Part shown: one piece after another, positions 50,599 through 60,410 of the stretch | How positions within the stretch are numbered: position 1 is the first letter of the stretch | How the letters are laid out: every line of letters begins with the position of its first letter | Assembly (NCBI GenBank): GCA_963755915.1 | Contig: CAVWLP010000002.1 | Span: 4,640,001 to 4,704,000 of the forward strand | DNA: 64,000 nucleotides | Direction of reading: 5' to 3' | Source: an uncultured Phycisphaerales bacterium | GTDB lineage: Bacteria; Planctomycetota; Phycisphaerae; Tepidisphaerales; Tepidisphaeraceae | The notes under the pieces: model-generated | Told to the model about the DNA's origin: nothing | The model's input: the letters and a program-made list of their open reading frames with translations, nothing else | Database searches by the model: none | Position numbers and translations under genes: made by a program

Positions 50599-52924
50599 CC
50601 TTTTGGTCGTATCCTTCGATATCGCGGATAATGTCGATCAGCTCGTCGACGGCGGTTTTAACGGCCTCGCATTCGGCGGTGGCCTTGATCAGTGACTCGG
50701 CCTTGGCGGCCGCGTCGGTGATTCTAGGGAAGCCGTAGCCCGCGCCGGCGCCCTTGAGCTGATGTACCAGTCGGCGCAGCTCGTCCATTTCCTGGGTTTC
50801 CAGGAGGGAGACCATGGAAGCGACGCGCGTGGGCAGCCTTGAGACAAAGCCCGCGACGGCGTGCTGCATCGCCGCGCCCGCCGAATCGGCTTTGAGCGGG
50901 CGCAGCTCTTCGATCGTCCGCACCGGGGCCGCGTGGGCGGCGTGCGCGGTCGCGGCAGGATGCGGGTGCTTGCCCGACTGCCGCAAATACCCGTCGATCG
51001 AGCGCAGCAGGACCTCCTTCTCAATCGGCTTGGTGAGATAGTCCGTGCAGCCGGCGTCGAGGCACTTGGCCCGGTCCCCGCTCATGGCGTGAGCCGTCAG
51101 CGCGATGATCGGCAGCTTGTAACCCAGCCGACGAAGTTGCGAGGTCGCTTCGTATCCATCCACTTCGGGCATCTGCATGTCCATGAGCACCAGGTCGAAT
51201 TGCTGCGAAGTAACCTTCTCAATCGCTTCGCGCCCATTGGGAACGACAACGACTTCAGCCCCGGCCATGGTGAGGTGCATGGTGAGCAGGTGCTGATTGT
51301 CGATGCCGTCTTCAGCCAGAAGGATTTTTCCATGCAGGAGGATGTCTTCGGTATTGCTCGCCTGGGTGAAGACCGTGAGCATCGATTCGGTCAGGCCGTG
51401 GCGCATCGGCACGTCGCTCAGCGGGCCGCCGTCGACGAACAGCGTGAACTTGCTTCCCTTTCCGGTCTCCGATTTGACGCAGAGATCGCCCCCCATGAGC
51501 GTGGCCAGACGTTTGCTGATCACCAGCCCCAACCCCGAACCGCCATATTTGCGGGTCATCGACACGTCCGCCTGCACAAACGGCTGGAAGAGCCGGGAGA
51601 TCTGCTCCTGCGTCATGCCGATGCCCGTGTCGGAGACTTCGAGCATGACCCGGCTGGTGTTGCCGCTCCGGGCCACGCTGACGGAGATTTTGATTTCACC
51701 GCGCTCGGTAAACTTTATCGCGTTGCCGGTCAGATTCATGAGAACCTGCTTGAGGCGCAGCGGGTCCGTCCGGATGACTTCGGGTATGTCGCCGATGAAT
51801 TCGACGCGCAGCTCAATCTGCTTTGCCGTGGCGCACACGCGAAGCATTGAGGCGACGTCGACCGCGAGGCGCACCACGTCGCAGGGAATTCTTTCGACCG
51901 TCATCTTCTCCGCTTCGATCTTGCTGATGTCCAGAATGTCGTTGATCAGATCCATCAGGTGCCGCGCGTTTCGCCGCACGACCTGGAGGCAGTTGATGCG
52001 GTCCGACATCGTCTGCACCGGCGAGAGCATGAGATCCGAATAACCCAGGATCGCCGTCATCGGCGTGCGGATCTCATGGCTCATGTTCGCGAGGAATGCA
52101 GTCTTCGCCCGGCTAGCCTCCTCGGCCTTGTCCTTGGCGGCGGAAAGCTCCGCCGTTCGCGCGGCCACGAGCTCTTCAAGGTGATGGCGATGCAGGTTCA
52201 ACTGCGAATCGCGCTGGGCGATCTGTTCCAGCATGCCGTTGAAGCAATCGACCAGAACCCCAAGCTCGTCGTCGGAGGTCTTGGTGGCGCGCACCTGGTA
52301 ATTGCGGTCGACCGTGATTGTCTTGGCCGTGGCGCTGAGGTGCTCGACCGGGCCGATCACGGAGCGCGAAAGCCGCCGCGAAAGCGCGAACGCCAGCCCC
52401 AGGGCGCTCAAAAGCACCACGCTGAACACAGATTCGTACTCGTGGGTCCGAGTGGTGAGCAGATCGAGGTCCGACTGGATGAAAACCCATCCAAGCAGGC
52501 GGCCGTTCAGTTCAACCGGGCTGGAGACAATCAGCGAGTCGGCGGTGAAGCGATATTCGCCGATTCCCATGGGGGTGAAATCCGGAAGGGCGGCCGAGTG
52601 GTCCCGGAAATAGCTGGCCAGCTTCTGCTGGCTGTTGTCGTAAATCGCGGCGGTCACGACGTGCGGCTCGGCGCGCAGCGACGCCAGAAGCCGCGCCGCG
52701 TCGTTTGGGTCGGCAAACGACAGGTCGGCGTTGGAATTTTCGGCGATGATGTTCGCATAAGTCTGCGTGTCGATGATCAGCCCGCGGCGAATCTCGTGGT
52801 AGTCATACACCGCCAGCACCGCCACCGCGACGAGCAACGCCGCACCCGCGGAAGTGAGGCTCATCACCAGCAGCTTGGCCTTGAGCGTTTTGGGGGCGAA
52901 GTTGAAACGACTGGAATTTTTCAT
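50561..52924 (-). CDS. Hybrid histidine kinase (YfiN-like periplasmic sensor-HAMP-HisKA-HATPase-REC-Hpt)
   Basis: ADLSFADPNDAARLLASL periplasmic motif, DELG HAMP, SHEIRTP, MDMQMP, HQLKGAG. Confidence 0.92.
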   Translation of the reverse strand: MKNSSRFNFAPKTLKAKLLVMSLTSAGAALLVAVAVLAVYDYHEIRRGLIIDTQTYANIIAENSNADLSFADPNDAARLLASLRAEPHVVTAAIYDNSQQKLASYFRDHSAALPDFTPMGIGEYRFTADSLIVSSPVELNGRLLGWVFIQSDLDLLTTRTHEYESVFSVVLLSALGLAFALSRRLSRSVIGPVEHLSATAKTITVDRNYQVRATKTSDDELGVLVDCFNGMLEQIAQRDSQLNLHRHHLEELVAARTAELSAAKDKAEEASRAKTAFLANMSHEIRTPMTAILGYSDLMLSPVQTMSDRINCLQVVRRNARHLMDLINDILDISKIEAEKMTVERIPCDVVRLAVDVASMLRVCATAKQIELRVEFIGDIPEVIRTDPLRLKQVLMNLTGNAIKFTERGEIKISVSVARSGNTSRVMLEVSDTGIGMTQEQISRLFQPFVQADVSMTRKYGGSGLGLVISKRLATLMGGDLCVKSETGKGSKFTLFVDGGPLSDVPMRHGLTESMLTVFTQASNTEDILLHGKILLAEDGIDNQHLLTMHLTMAGAEVVVVPNGREAIEKVTSQQFDLVLMDMQMPEVDGYEATSQLRRLGYKLPIIALTAHAMSGDRAKCLDAGCTDYLTKPIEKEVLLRSIDGYLRQSGKHPHPAATAHAAHAAPVRTIEELRPLKADSAGAAMQHAVAGFVSRLPTRVASMVSLLETQEMDELRRLVHQLKGAGAGYGFPRITDAAAKAESLIKATAECEAVKTAVDELIDIIRDIEGYDQKGETNAKPKTAHH

Positions 52925-53514
52925 TTTTTATAAATCCTCGCGAGCTTCATGAGTTTTGCACTCACCTTGAGACCGGCGGCCGCGACCGCGTCGGGGCTGA
53001 CCTCAAAACGCATGCGATCATCCTCCAGAAAAAATCGCATGCACCCGCCGGCAGGATCAAACGCATCTGTTTCCCCCACCGTCAGGATCGGCCGGTTGCC
53101 GAGATTGTCGAAAAGACTCTTCAGCGAAGGGTCCAGCGCCGCCGGAACGAAAAGAAGCTGGCATTGTCCGACGTCGCCCACCGTGTTGTAGTGAACGACC
53201 TGCACGTTTCGGTCGGCCGCGGTTTTTCCGGCCATGGCCGATTCGAGCGCGCCGTTAAACGGGTCTGGCCCCACTGTGGCCACGACAAACGCCGCGTCCC
53301 GCGACGGGAACGCCGAGTCGGGCCACTCAACGAATTGCGTGAAGTTGTACACAAATGCCGCCTTGATCAAATACTCCCGCGTCGGTCCATCGGCGCGGCA
53401 CGGAATCGCTGCGACAAGCAGCGCAGCGATCGCCGCCAATCTCCAGCTTCTGAATGTCCGCCCTTTACCCAGGCCGATCATAAATCCCGCAATTCGTGAA
53501 AGAGTTCCCAACAC
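52921..53514 (-). CDS. YfiR-family periplasmic protein
   Basis: EYLIKAAFVYNFTQFVEWP, CQLLFV, ILTVGE, GLKVSAKLMKLA. Confidence 0.92.
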   Translation of the reverse strand: MLGTLSRIAGFMIGLGKGRTFRSWRLAAIAALLVAAIPCRADGPTREYLIKAAFVYNFTQFVEWPDSAFPSRDAAFVVATVGPDPFNGALESAMAGKTAADRNVQVVHYNTVGDVGQCQLLFVPAALDPSLKSLFDNLGNRPILTVGETDAFDPAGGCMRFFLEDDRMRFEVSPDAVAAAGLKVSAKLMKLARIYKK

Positions 53515-53530
53515 ATCCCGAGCCGCGGGG

Positions 53531-55579
53531 CTAGTAGGTCATGGTCCACTCCGCATAAAAAGTGCGAGGCACTTCGCTGGGAATAGTAACTGAGTTGACG
53601 TCCCCGGATTCGTAATGACGGCCCTGGAGAAGGTTTTGGACGCCAACGGCGAGAGTCATATTGGGGTTGATCAGCCAGCGAATATTCGCGTCGAGGCGGA
53701 CATAGGCATTGACGCTCTGGTAAATGCCCTCGTCGTTAAGCGCGTCTATGAAGGCCAGCGCGTCGACGTAATAGAGCGAAGTGTTGAACTGAATATTTTT
53801 TGTCAGGTCGAGATAGGAGTGGATCTGGAACTGGTTCCGGGGAGCGCTTTTTTCGATGAACTCGGTTTCGTAGCCGGGTTGAAAGAGGTCCAGGGCATCG
53901 CGGATGATCGGGTGTCCTTCGATGCGAAGATAAGAATAGCTCGCGCCCAGCCGCCAGGCGGGATTAACCTGCCAGTTCAAGGAAAGCTCGCCCCCGTAGC
54001 TGTAAGCGTTGACCCCGTTGCCGTAATCGACTTCGGTAAAATTAGTGGGGTTGGGAATTGGAACAATCAGTCCGGAATAAATATTGTAAAAGCCGGAGAC
54101 CGAAGCCGTAAAAGGCTTGACCGGTTGGACTTTATAGCCAACTTCGAAAGCGTCGGTTTTTTCGGAATCCGGGTGCTGTGTACCGATTTGAACATCATCT
54201 CCAATTGGAAATTGGATCTCCTGGTCCACGGAAGGGATGCGCACCGCGCGGGAGTAGGCCGCCCACAGTGAATTCCGATCGTCGGGTGTCCACAGCAGGC
54301 GGGTGCTCGGCTGTGGCTCCAGGGTGGTGAGATTGTTGTATTCCAGCTTCGTCCCGAGGAACCACTGGAGGTGGTTGGGCACAATCGAAACCTGGTCCTG
54401 AACGAATCCATTGATGTCATATTCGTTGGTGTAGGTTGGATAGACTGGCGCGCCGGTAGGACTGACAATTCGAATGAAATAATCGCGCCCGGCCAAACCC
54501 CAGGTTACGTCCTGCATTTCCCCAATCGGAAATCGGTTCTGGAACTCCACGTCGAACGTGTCCTGCTGGTATCCGATTGGATAATCGACCAGAACCTGCC
54601 GGTCATAATAGGCGATGATCGAGGTGTCGGCGCGATCTGACTCCACGTGCGACCATTTTCCAAGCAGATTCCCGCCGTTATTGTAGAAATTGGTGTCCAG
54701 AGGAGTCGCTGCTCCCGTGTTGCTCGCAGTTTGCTCGAGCTGCTGGAAGAAAATGTCACTGGAAAGAGTGAGGGTATCTTCCGGCGAGGCGTATCGATCC
54801 AAACGGAAGCCGCCTTGCACGCCGCGCCACTCATCATGGGCCGGATCGCCATTGGGCTGATAGCCATTTCCGCCGTACTGAACCTGAGAGTAAACCCGGT
54901 AATACGTGTTGTCGTCGATTTGGCCGCCGTAACGGAAGTCGCCGTAGTCCTGCTGGGTTCCGCCGCGCGTATCGACGAGAAGACCCTGGGTATCCTTCGC
55001 CGATTTCGTGATGACGTTGACAACTCCATTGACGGCGTTCGCGCCCCACAGCGTCGAGCCCGGGCCGTTGATCACTTCGATCCGGTCCAGGTCCATAAGG
55101 GGATAATTGACCGAGTTCCACGTCACGCCCCCAAACGCCGGCGTGTATAGCGAGCGCCCGTCCATCAGCACCAGCAGGTTGTCGGCAATATAGGCGTTCT
55201 GCCCGCGCGAGCTGATCGCCCACTGATCGGAGCTAATCTGGGCAACATCCATCCCCGGCGCAAGCCGCAGCAATTCCGGAATGCTTCCCAGGCCCGAGCG
55301 CTGGATGTCATCCTGCCCGATCACGGAAACCGCCGAAGGCGCGTTGGAGATTTTCTGCGGCTCCTTGGCGACGCTGGTGACCTGAACATTCATCAGGTCT
55401 TCGAGGCTAAGGCCCGTCAGATCTTCACTGCCGCCGCTGGGTTGCGTGGAGGTTATGGGCCGGGTCGTGGCGCTGGGCTGCGTAACCGGCGCCGCAAGCG
55501 CGTGCCCCCAGAGCGCAGACAAGACCACAAATGAAGATCGACGTGAAATCTGCGGCCCTCCGATTCCCTGACCGAGCAA
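53531..55579 (-). CDS. TonB-dependent receptor
   Basis: LSLEDLMNVQVTSV, ELLRLAPG, LVLMDGR, DRIEVINGPGSTLWGANAVNGVVNVITK, NLL, PRTFY. Confidence 0.93.
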   Translation of the reverse strand: MLGQGIGGPQISRRSSFVVLSALWGHALAAPVTQPSATTRPITSTQPSGGSEDLTGLSLEDLMNVQVTSVAKEPQKISNAPSAVSVIGQDDIQRSGLGSIPELLRLAPGMDVAQISSDQWAISSRGQNAYIADNLLVLMDGRSLYTPAFGGVTWNSVNYPLMDLDRIEVINGPGSTLWGANAVNGVVNVITKSAKDTQGLLVDTRGGTQQDYGDFRYGGQIDDNTYYRVYSQVQYGGNGYQPNGDPAHDEWRGVQGGFRLDRYASPEDTLTLSSDIFFQQLEQTASNTGAATPLDTNFYNNGGNLLGKWSHVESDRADTSIIAYYDRQVLVDYPIGYQQDTFDVEFQNRFPIGEMQDVTWGLAGRDYFIRIVSPTGAPVYPTYTNEYDINGFVQDQVSIVPNHLQWFLGTKLEYNNLTTLEPQPSTRLLWTPDDRNSLWAAYSRAVRIPSVDQEIQFPIGDDVQIGTQHPDSEKTDAFEVGYKVQPVKPFTASVSGFYNIYSGLIVPIPNPTNFTEVDYGNGVNAYSYGGELSLNWQVNPAWRLGASYSYLRIEGHPIIRDALDLFQPGYETEFIEKSAPRNQFQIHSYLDLTKNIQFNTSLYYVDALAFIDALNDEGIYQSVNAYVRLDANIRWLINPNMTLAVGVQNLLQGRHYESGDVNSVTIPSEVPRTFYAEWTMTY

Positions 55580-55788
55580 TCATCTAAGTACCTCTTTCGC
55601 CAGTTCTTGCGAGGGCGATCGGCTGGCATATCAATCGGTGCAAATGGGAGGTTTATTTAGGTTGTGCGGCGTGGGTGAGATGAATTGATTATAAGGACTG
55701 CGGCCGTAACTTCGGCCCCGAGAGCAATCTGATGCGGAAACTGTTATCGGACCTGCCGGCCAATTCCCGGCCTGATCTCAGGATGAGT

Positions 55789-56986
55789 TTATTCGGACCG
55801 CGTCATCGCAGGCTCGGCAAGCTTCGCTGGCGCGCCGTTATCGGACGCTGGCCGGGACGTGAAGTACCGCTTGATCTTCAGGAATTGCGCCTCGTAAAGA
55901 TGGTAGCTGGCAATCGAAATCGCCAGCGCGCACCCGCCCCCAAAGATTTCGTAGGCGAATGTTTGCGGTAGGCTCATCTGGCCGCCCTGGAGTGGATAAA
56001 CCCGCCCGAAGATGCGCAGATATTGTGGCATTAATAGATAGTGATAGACGTACAGCCCATAACTGTATTTTCCCAGCATCATCAGCCAGCGCGATTCCAT
56101 CGCCCAGGTGAATACGTTGGCGGTGGGCTTGGCCAGGCTCCAGACGATCACACTCGCGAAAAGTGGTCCCGTCAGGGTGTACGCTATGAGCTGCACAACC
56201 GGCTCGCCACTGTCCAGACCGCCGCGCACCCCAAAGAGAATCGTCAAACCTGCGACGCAAAACCCAACAACCCACGGAGCCCAGCCCCGGACGCGATCGA
56301 GCGCTCGCTGATCGCGCGACAGCACCGCCACCAGCGCGCCATAGCACAGCGTATCCATCCGAAACGGCGTCATGCCGAAAACCACCGCCCAATCGGAGTG
56401 AAATCCCAGGATCGCGATCGCGCGCAACCGGCGCAATCGCGATCAGGGCAATGCAAATTCGCCGCAGCGACCGCTCATCAAGCAGATAAACGATGGTCGG
56501 CCAGATAAGATAAAACTGCTCCTCAACGGCCAGAGACCAGAAATGGTTCACGCGAACCGCATCTCCCGGCCAAAGCTTCCCCGTCCAAGCCATCCGGAAA
56601 TTGCTCAAATAAGTCCAGAACCAGATCTGCTGCGCACGCAACTCGGGCGACGGCCGGTCCGGCCGGATCATCGGCATCGCCACGAAAATCGCCAGCAAAA
56701 CCCCGTAATAAAGCGGAAAAATCCGCACCGTGCGCCGCCCATAAAAGTTGACGAAAAACCCGGGCTTGCCACGGGCCCACAGAAGGATGCGGGTGATAAG
56801 AAATCCCGAGAGTACAAAGAAAAGATCGACCCCCATCCACAGCGGTGAGATCGTAACATGCCAGGCGTGCTGAACCGCGGTCTGATGAGCGCACATCTCC
56901 CCAAAATGAAGCACCATGATGGCGAGGATCGCAACCCCGCGCAGCCCGTCGAGCGCCGGCACATGCGGCCGCGAAAGGGGAGACAT
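55789..56986 (-). CDS. Acyltransferase-3 (OafA-like) membrane O-acyltransferase; frameshift near 56430
   Basis: LDGLRGVAI, GVDLFFVLSGFLIT, RIFPLYY, HFWSLAVEEQFY, GKYSYGLYVYH, SYHLYE. Confidence 0.92.
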
Positions 56987-57072
56987 CGCACCCCCACCGC
57001 TCCTCAAACTGCCAACATCGTCGCTGCTCACTGCAAATCCATTTCGGCTTTATGGCGCCTGGCGATCAAAAA

Positions 57073-57594
57073 CTAATCAAATTTCCAGTCCGGTTCATCC
57101 GCAGAATTGAAATAGACCGCCGGGACGGGCACGTTGAGCAGCCGCAGATATAAGCAAAGCTGCGCGCGATGGTGAATCATGTGATTCATGCACCAGACGC
57201 GATAGATCATCGCTTTGGGCTTGCTCGCCATCACGTGCGATCCGTTGCGGATGGTCCAGACGTCGCCGATGCGGCCAGCGTCGAATTTTTTAACCGCCGC
57301 ACGAAGCTCATTGGCACATTTGTCGAACTCCGCGAGAAGATCCTTTTTATCCGTCGGCTCGACGCGCGGTGCGGCGCTGGCCATGTCGAGGCCATCTTGA
57401 GCAATGGTCGATTTCGCCCAATCCGGCATCGTGGCAACGTGCATCGCCAGCCGGCCCAGGTTCATCGATTTTTCGTGCGGCTTCCAACCGAACTTCTCTT
57501 CCGGCAGTCGCTCCAAAACCGTTCGTGTAACCGCCAGCTCCCGCTCCAGATCGCCGAAAATCAGCTCATGGGCAGACAGGGTTTGAGTTGCCAT
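57073..57594 (-). CDS. DinB/YfiT-family protein
   Basis: WKPHEKSMNLGRLAMH, NHMIHHRAQL..YLRL. Confidence 0.9.
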   Translation of the reverse strand: MATQTLSAHELIFGDLERELAVTRTVLERLPEEKFGWKPHEKSMNLGRLAMHVATMPDWAKSTIAQDGLDMASAAPRVEPTDKKDLLAEFDKCANELRAAVKKFDAGRIGDVWTIRNGSHVMASKPKAMIYRVWCMNHMIHHRAQLCLYLRLLNVPVPAVYFNSADEPDWKFD

Positions 57595-57761
57595 AAATTT
57601 CTCCTTCGTTTCCGGCAAGTCTATCGTAGGGAACCCGTGACTTGAAGCAATTCGAGCGGCAATCGCTCCTACCGAACTGCCCGAACCGACATCCCCGTTC
57701 TTGTGCTAATTTCGTCCGATCGGTCACACGATCAAAAACCCCAACGATTGCAGAGCCGAAT

Positions 57762-58007
57762 TCACAGCATGTGGACTCCCACCCAAATCAGCGCCGCACT
57801 AACCAATAGAATGCCAAATGCCGGCAGTACGCTCATCGGATCGGTAGCCAGCGCTTTCAACACCCTGTAAAGCAGGAAAATCCTCCCGATAGACGGCATG
57901 CTGATTGGCGACCCACCCTCTTCCGACGCCGCGGTAACCAGCCAAAGGAAGCCGGCAATCGCCCCAACGACTCCCAGGATAATCGGAATAGGCGCAATGT
58001 AATGCAT
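57762..58007 (-). CDS. Small hypothetical membrane protein
   Basis: 81 aa, two or three hydrophobic segments, lower GC. Confidence 0.45.
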   Translation of the reverse strand: MHYIAPIPIILGVVGAIAGFLWLVTAASEEGGSPISMPSIGRIFLLYRVLKALATDPMSVLPAFGILLVSAALIWVGVHML

Positions 58008-58091
58008 CTATTATAGAACCCCCGAAAAAAGCCGAATTCGTCAGGCTCTCAATGTCCCGCCCACCTCTTCGGATTTGACTTCGTCTAAAAC

Positions 58092-58162
58092 TGGAGCCAT
58101 GGGGATTTGAACCCCAAATTCCACCATGCCATGGTGGCGTGATCCCATTTCACTATGGCCCC
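58092..58162 (-). tRNA. tRNA-Ala(GGC), CCA not encoded
   Basis: GGGGCCA/TGGCTCC acceptor with G3:U70, D stem GTGA/TCAC, anticodon arm CCACC-ATGGCAT-GGTGG with A32-U38, T loop TTCAAAT. Confidence 0.96.
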
Positions 58163-58406
58163 GAAACTCTGAATCACTGTACCGGCATGGAAAACTGAGT
58201 CAAGATGCCGCGCTGACTCGCGCTCAGCAGTTGCCTGCCTTGGGATTTTCTGGTCCCGCCACAATGCCAACGGGTCCGCAAATCGAATCTCCCTCTTCGA
58301 TCCCGCCAATCGCCTTCGCCTTCCAGTCGGTCAACTCATGGGACGCTCGTAGTCGACACCCCGGACTTGACTCTAAACGCCTTCGCGATTCCGATATTTG
58401 CCCAAT

Positions 58407-59100
58407 ATGAAATGCCTCGCGTTCGATATTGAGATTTCGAACGTCTTCACGCTTAACAGCGGCGAGGACCTCGAAAAATATGCACCGTTCGATATTTCCG
58501 TCGCGGCAACCCAAATCGCGGATGGCGAGCACCGAATCTGGCATTCAAAAGATTCCGACGGAAAACCCGCGACCAACCTGGGCCGCGACGACGCGCAGGC
58601 GCTGCTCGACTACCTCGATCAAACCGAGCAGGCCGGTCATATGCTGGTGGCATGGAACGAGCTCAGTTTCGACCTCAAATGGATCGGTCACGTCGCCGGC
58701 GACACCCCGAAGGCGGCAAGAATCGCCCGCCGCATGTGCGATCCAATGTTTCAGTTTTTTATGACCAAGGGTTTTCCAGTTTCACTGGAATCGGTCGCGC
58801 GCGGTATGGGGCTGACGTGCCGAAAACTCATGGACAGCGCCGACGCGCCCGTCCAATGGCGCCGGCAACCATCAGGCAGTGTGCGACTATGTGCTGGGCG
58901 ATACCCGCATGACCGTCGAAATCGTGTTGGCGATCGCCCGCCAGCGGAGGATCGCCTGGTTCACCCAAAAGGGAACGCGCTCATCGATTCCAATTCCGCG
59001 GCTCAGAACCGTGGAGCAATGCTTGGGCGATCCCATGCCCGACCAGTCGTGGATGAGCCAGCCAATCCCAAAACATAAATTCGTCGGATGGCTGCGATAG
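58407..59100 (+). CDS. RNase H-like DEDD 3'-5' exonuclease-domain protein; frameshift near 58860
   Basis: AFDIE (ExoI), AWNELSFD (ExoII), SLESVA, DYVLGD (ExoIII YxxxD). Confidence 0.75.
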
Positions 59101-59126
59101 AATCGTTGCCCTTCTCCATTCGACGA

Positions 59127-60161
59127 TCATCGGCCAGCCACCCTCACCCCCGCCGCACGCAACCTCCTCGGCGCCAGCCGGACCAACCCAACGCTCACCA
59201 CCATCAAAATCCCCGCCGCCCCCGATGGCTCCGGCACCGGCACCGCGATGAAAGCCGCCTCAATGTTGCCCGTATTAAACAACTCCCCCAGCGATGTGCC
59301 GGACGAATTCACCTCGAAAATCCCGCCTTTGTTGTTGCTGTCCTCGGCGATGTAGTAAAGGTTGTTTTGACCGTCCACCGCGATGCCCTGCAGCGAGGTC
59401 AGGTCCGTCACCACCGGCGATGCCGACGAGCTGCTGATGTTAATCTTCTCAATATTCCCGTTCCCGTCGGAGACGTAAAGATCGCCCAAGCTGTCAATGG
59501 CGATGTCGATCGGGCCGCTGACGCCGCTGGTAAAGGTCTTCAGCGGCGTGCTTCCGCCGGTGGAGGGATATTCCAGGATATCGCTGTTATAAACGTCGGC
59601 GATGAAGACGTTGCCGGTGATTGGATCTACGGCAATCGTATTGGTCACGCGGAAGCTGGTGTTGGCGTCGGTATCGGAAAAAGCCGCCGGCGTGCCGGCG
59701 CCGCCCGCGTACTTGAAGGACTTGATGTCGGAGGAATTGCTCGTGTCGGCATCTGTCGTCATGTACAGGTTTCCCGCGGAGTCGAAGGCGGTGCCATAAT
59801 AAAAATCCGCCGTGCCTGTCGTGGAAAGCGATGTTTCGCTTACGGTGCTCAGCATTGAGCCGGGCGTGCTCAGGAGATATTCGGTCACCCCGCGGTCGAC
59901 GTCGTTGACGTAAACGTTGCCGGCCGAATCGAGCGCCAGCGTATCAAGATCCCCGCCCGTCGAGCGGCTGCTGACCAGAGTCCCCGTGATCGTGTAGTCA
60001 TAAATCGACGAGCCGCCGCTCGTCGTGAGATAGATGTCGGCGTCAGACCTCGCACCCAGTGCCAGTGAAATCGCCCCGATGAGCAACGCGAGCAGGACCT
60101 CGCGCGAAAAATTCCAGCGGCGGAACAGGCGATCTCGCCGAATCCGGGTGGGACAGTTCAT
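59127..60161 (-). CDS. PEP-CTERM protein with NHL-like beta-propeller repeats
   Basis: LALDSAGNVYV / AFDSAGNLY / IAIDSLGDLYV repeats; VPEP + TM + RRLR. Confidence 0.88.
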   Translation of the reverse strand: MNCPTRIRRDRLFRRWNFSREVLLALLIGAISLALGARSDADIYLTTSGGSSIYDYTITGTLVSSRSTGGDLDTLALDSAGNVYVNDVDRGVTEYLLSTPGSMLSTVSETSLSTTGTADFYYGTAFDSAGNLYMTTDADTSNSSDIKSFKYAGGAGTPAAFSDTDANTSFRVTNTIAVDPITGNVFIADVYNSDILEYPSTGGSTPLKTFTSGVSGPIDIAIDSLGDLYVSDGNGNIEKINISSSSASPVVTDLTSLQGIAVDGQNNLYYIAEDSNNKGGIFEVNSSGTSLGELFNTGNIEAAFIAVPVPEPSGAAGILMVVSVGLVRLAPRRLRAAGVRVAGR

Positions 60162-60410
60162 ATCCTCTCCTTCGCACCGAATCTTCCCCCTGAGCTAACC
60201 CATCGCGGTTAACTTAGCGATCACTCAGTTCGATTTTCAATTCAATTCTTAAGGTTATTTACACAATTTTGCTTCGCAGTTTGCGACTGATTGATCGACG
60301 AATGCGACGGATTTCGGACGCTTGTGGTACCGGCAACTGAACGAAGATTTCACCATGCCGGGGATCGCCGATTGGACGAGTTGGTTTGCCTTGTGTATCT
60401 CGATCATCTC

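Noticed and set aside
57600-58400. Prophage or integrative element at tRNA-Ala
   Set aside because: No integrase, phage genes or att duplication seen in the window
345-59100. About 19 frameshifted genes as mass pseudogenisation or programmed frameshifting
   Set aside because: They hit housekeeping genes (ndk, argD, cysH, comM), both halves stay conserved, and those examined look like single-base or CG-dinucleotide losses in short runs; best explained as sequencing/consensus error (check by read polishing)
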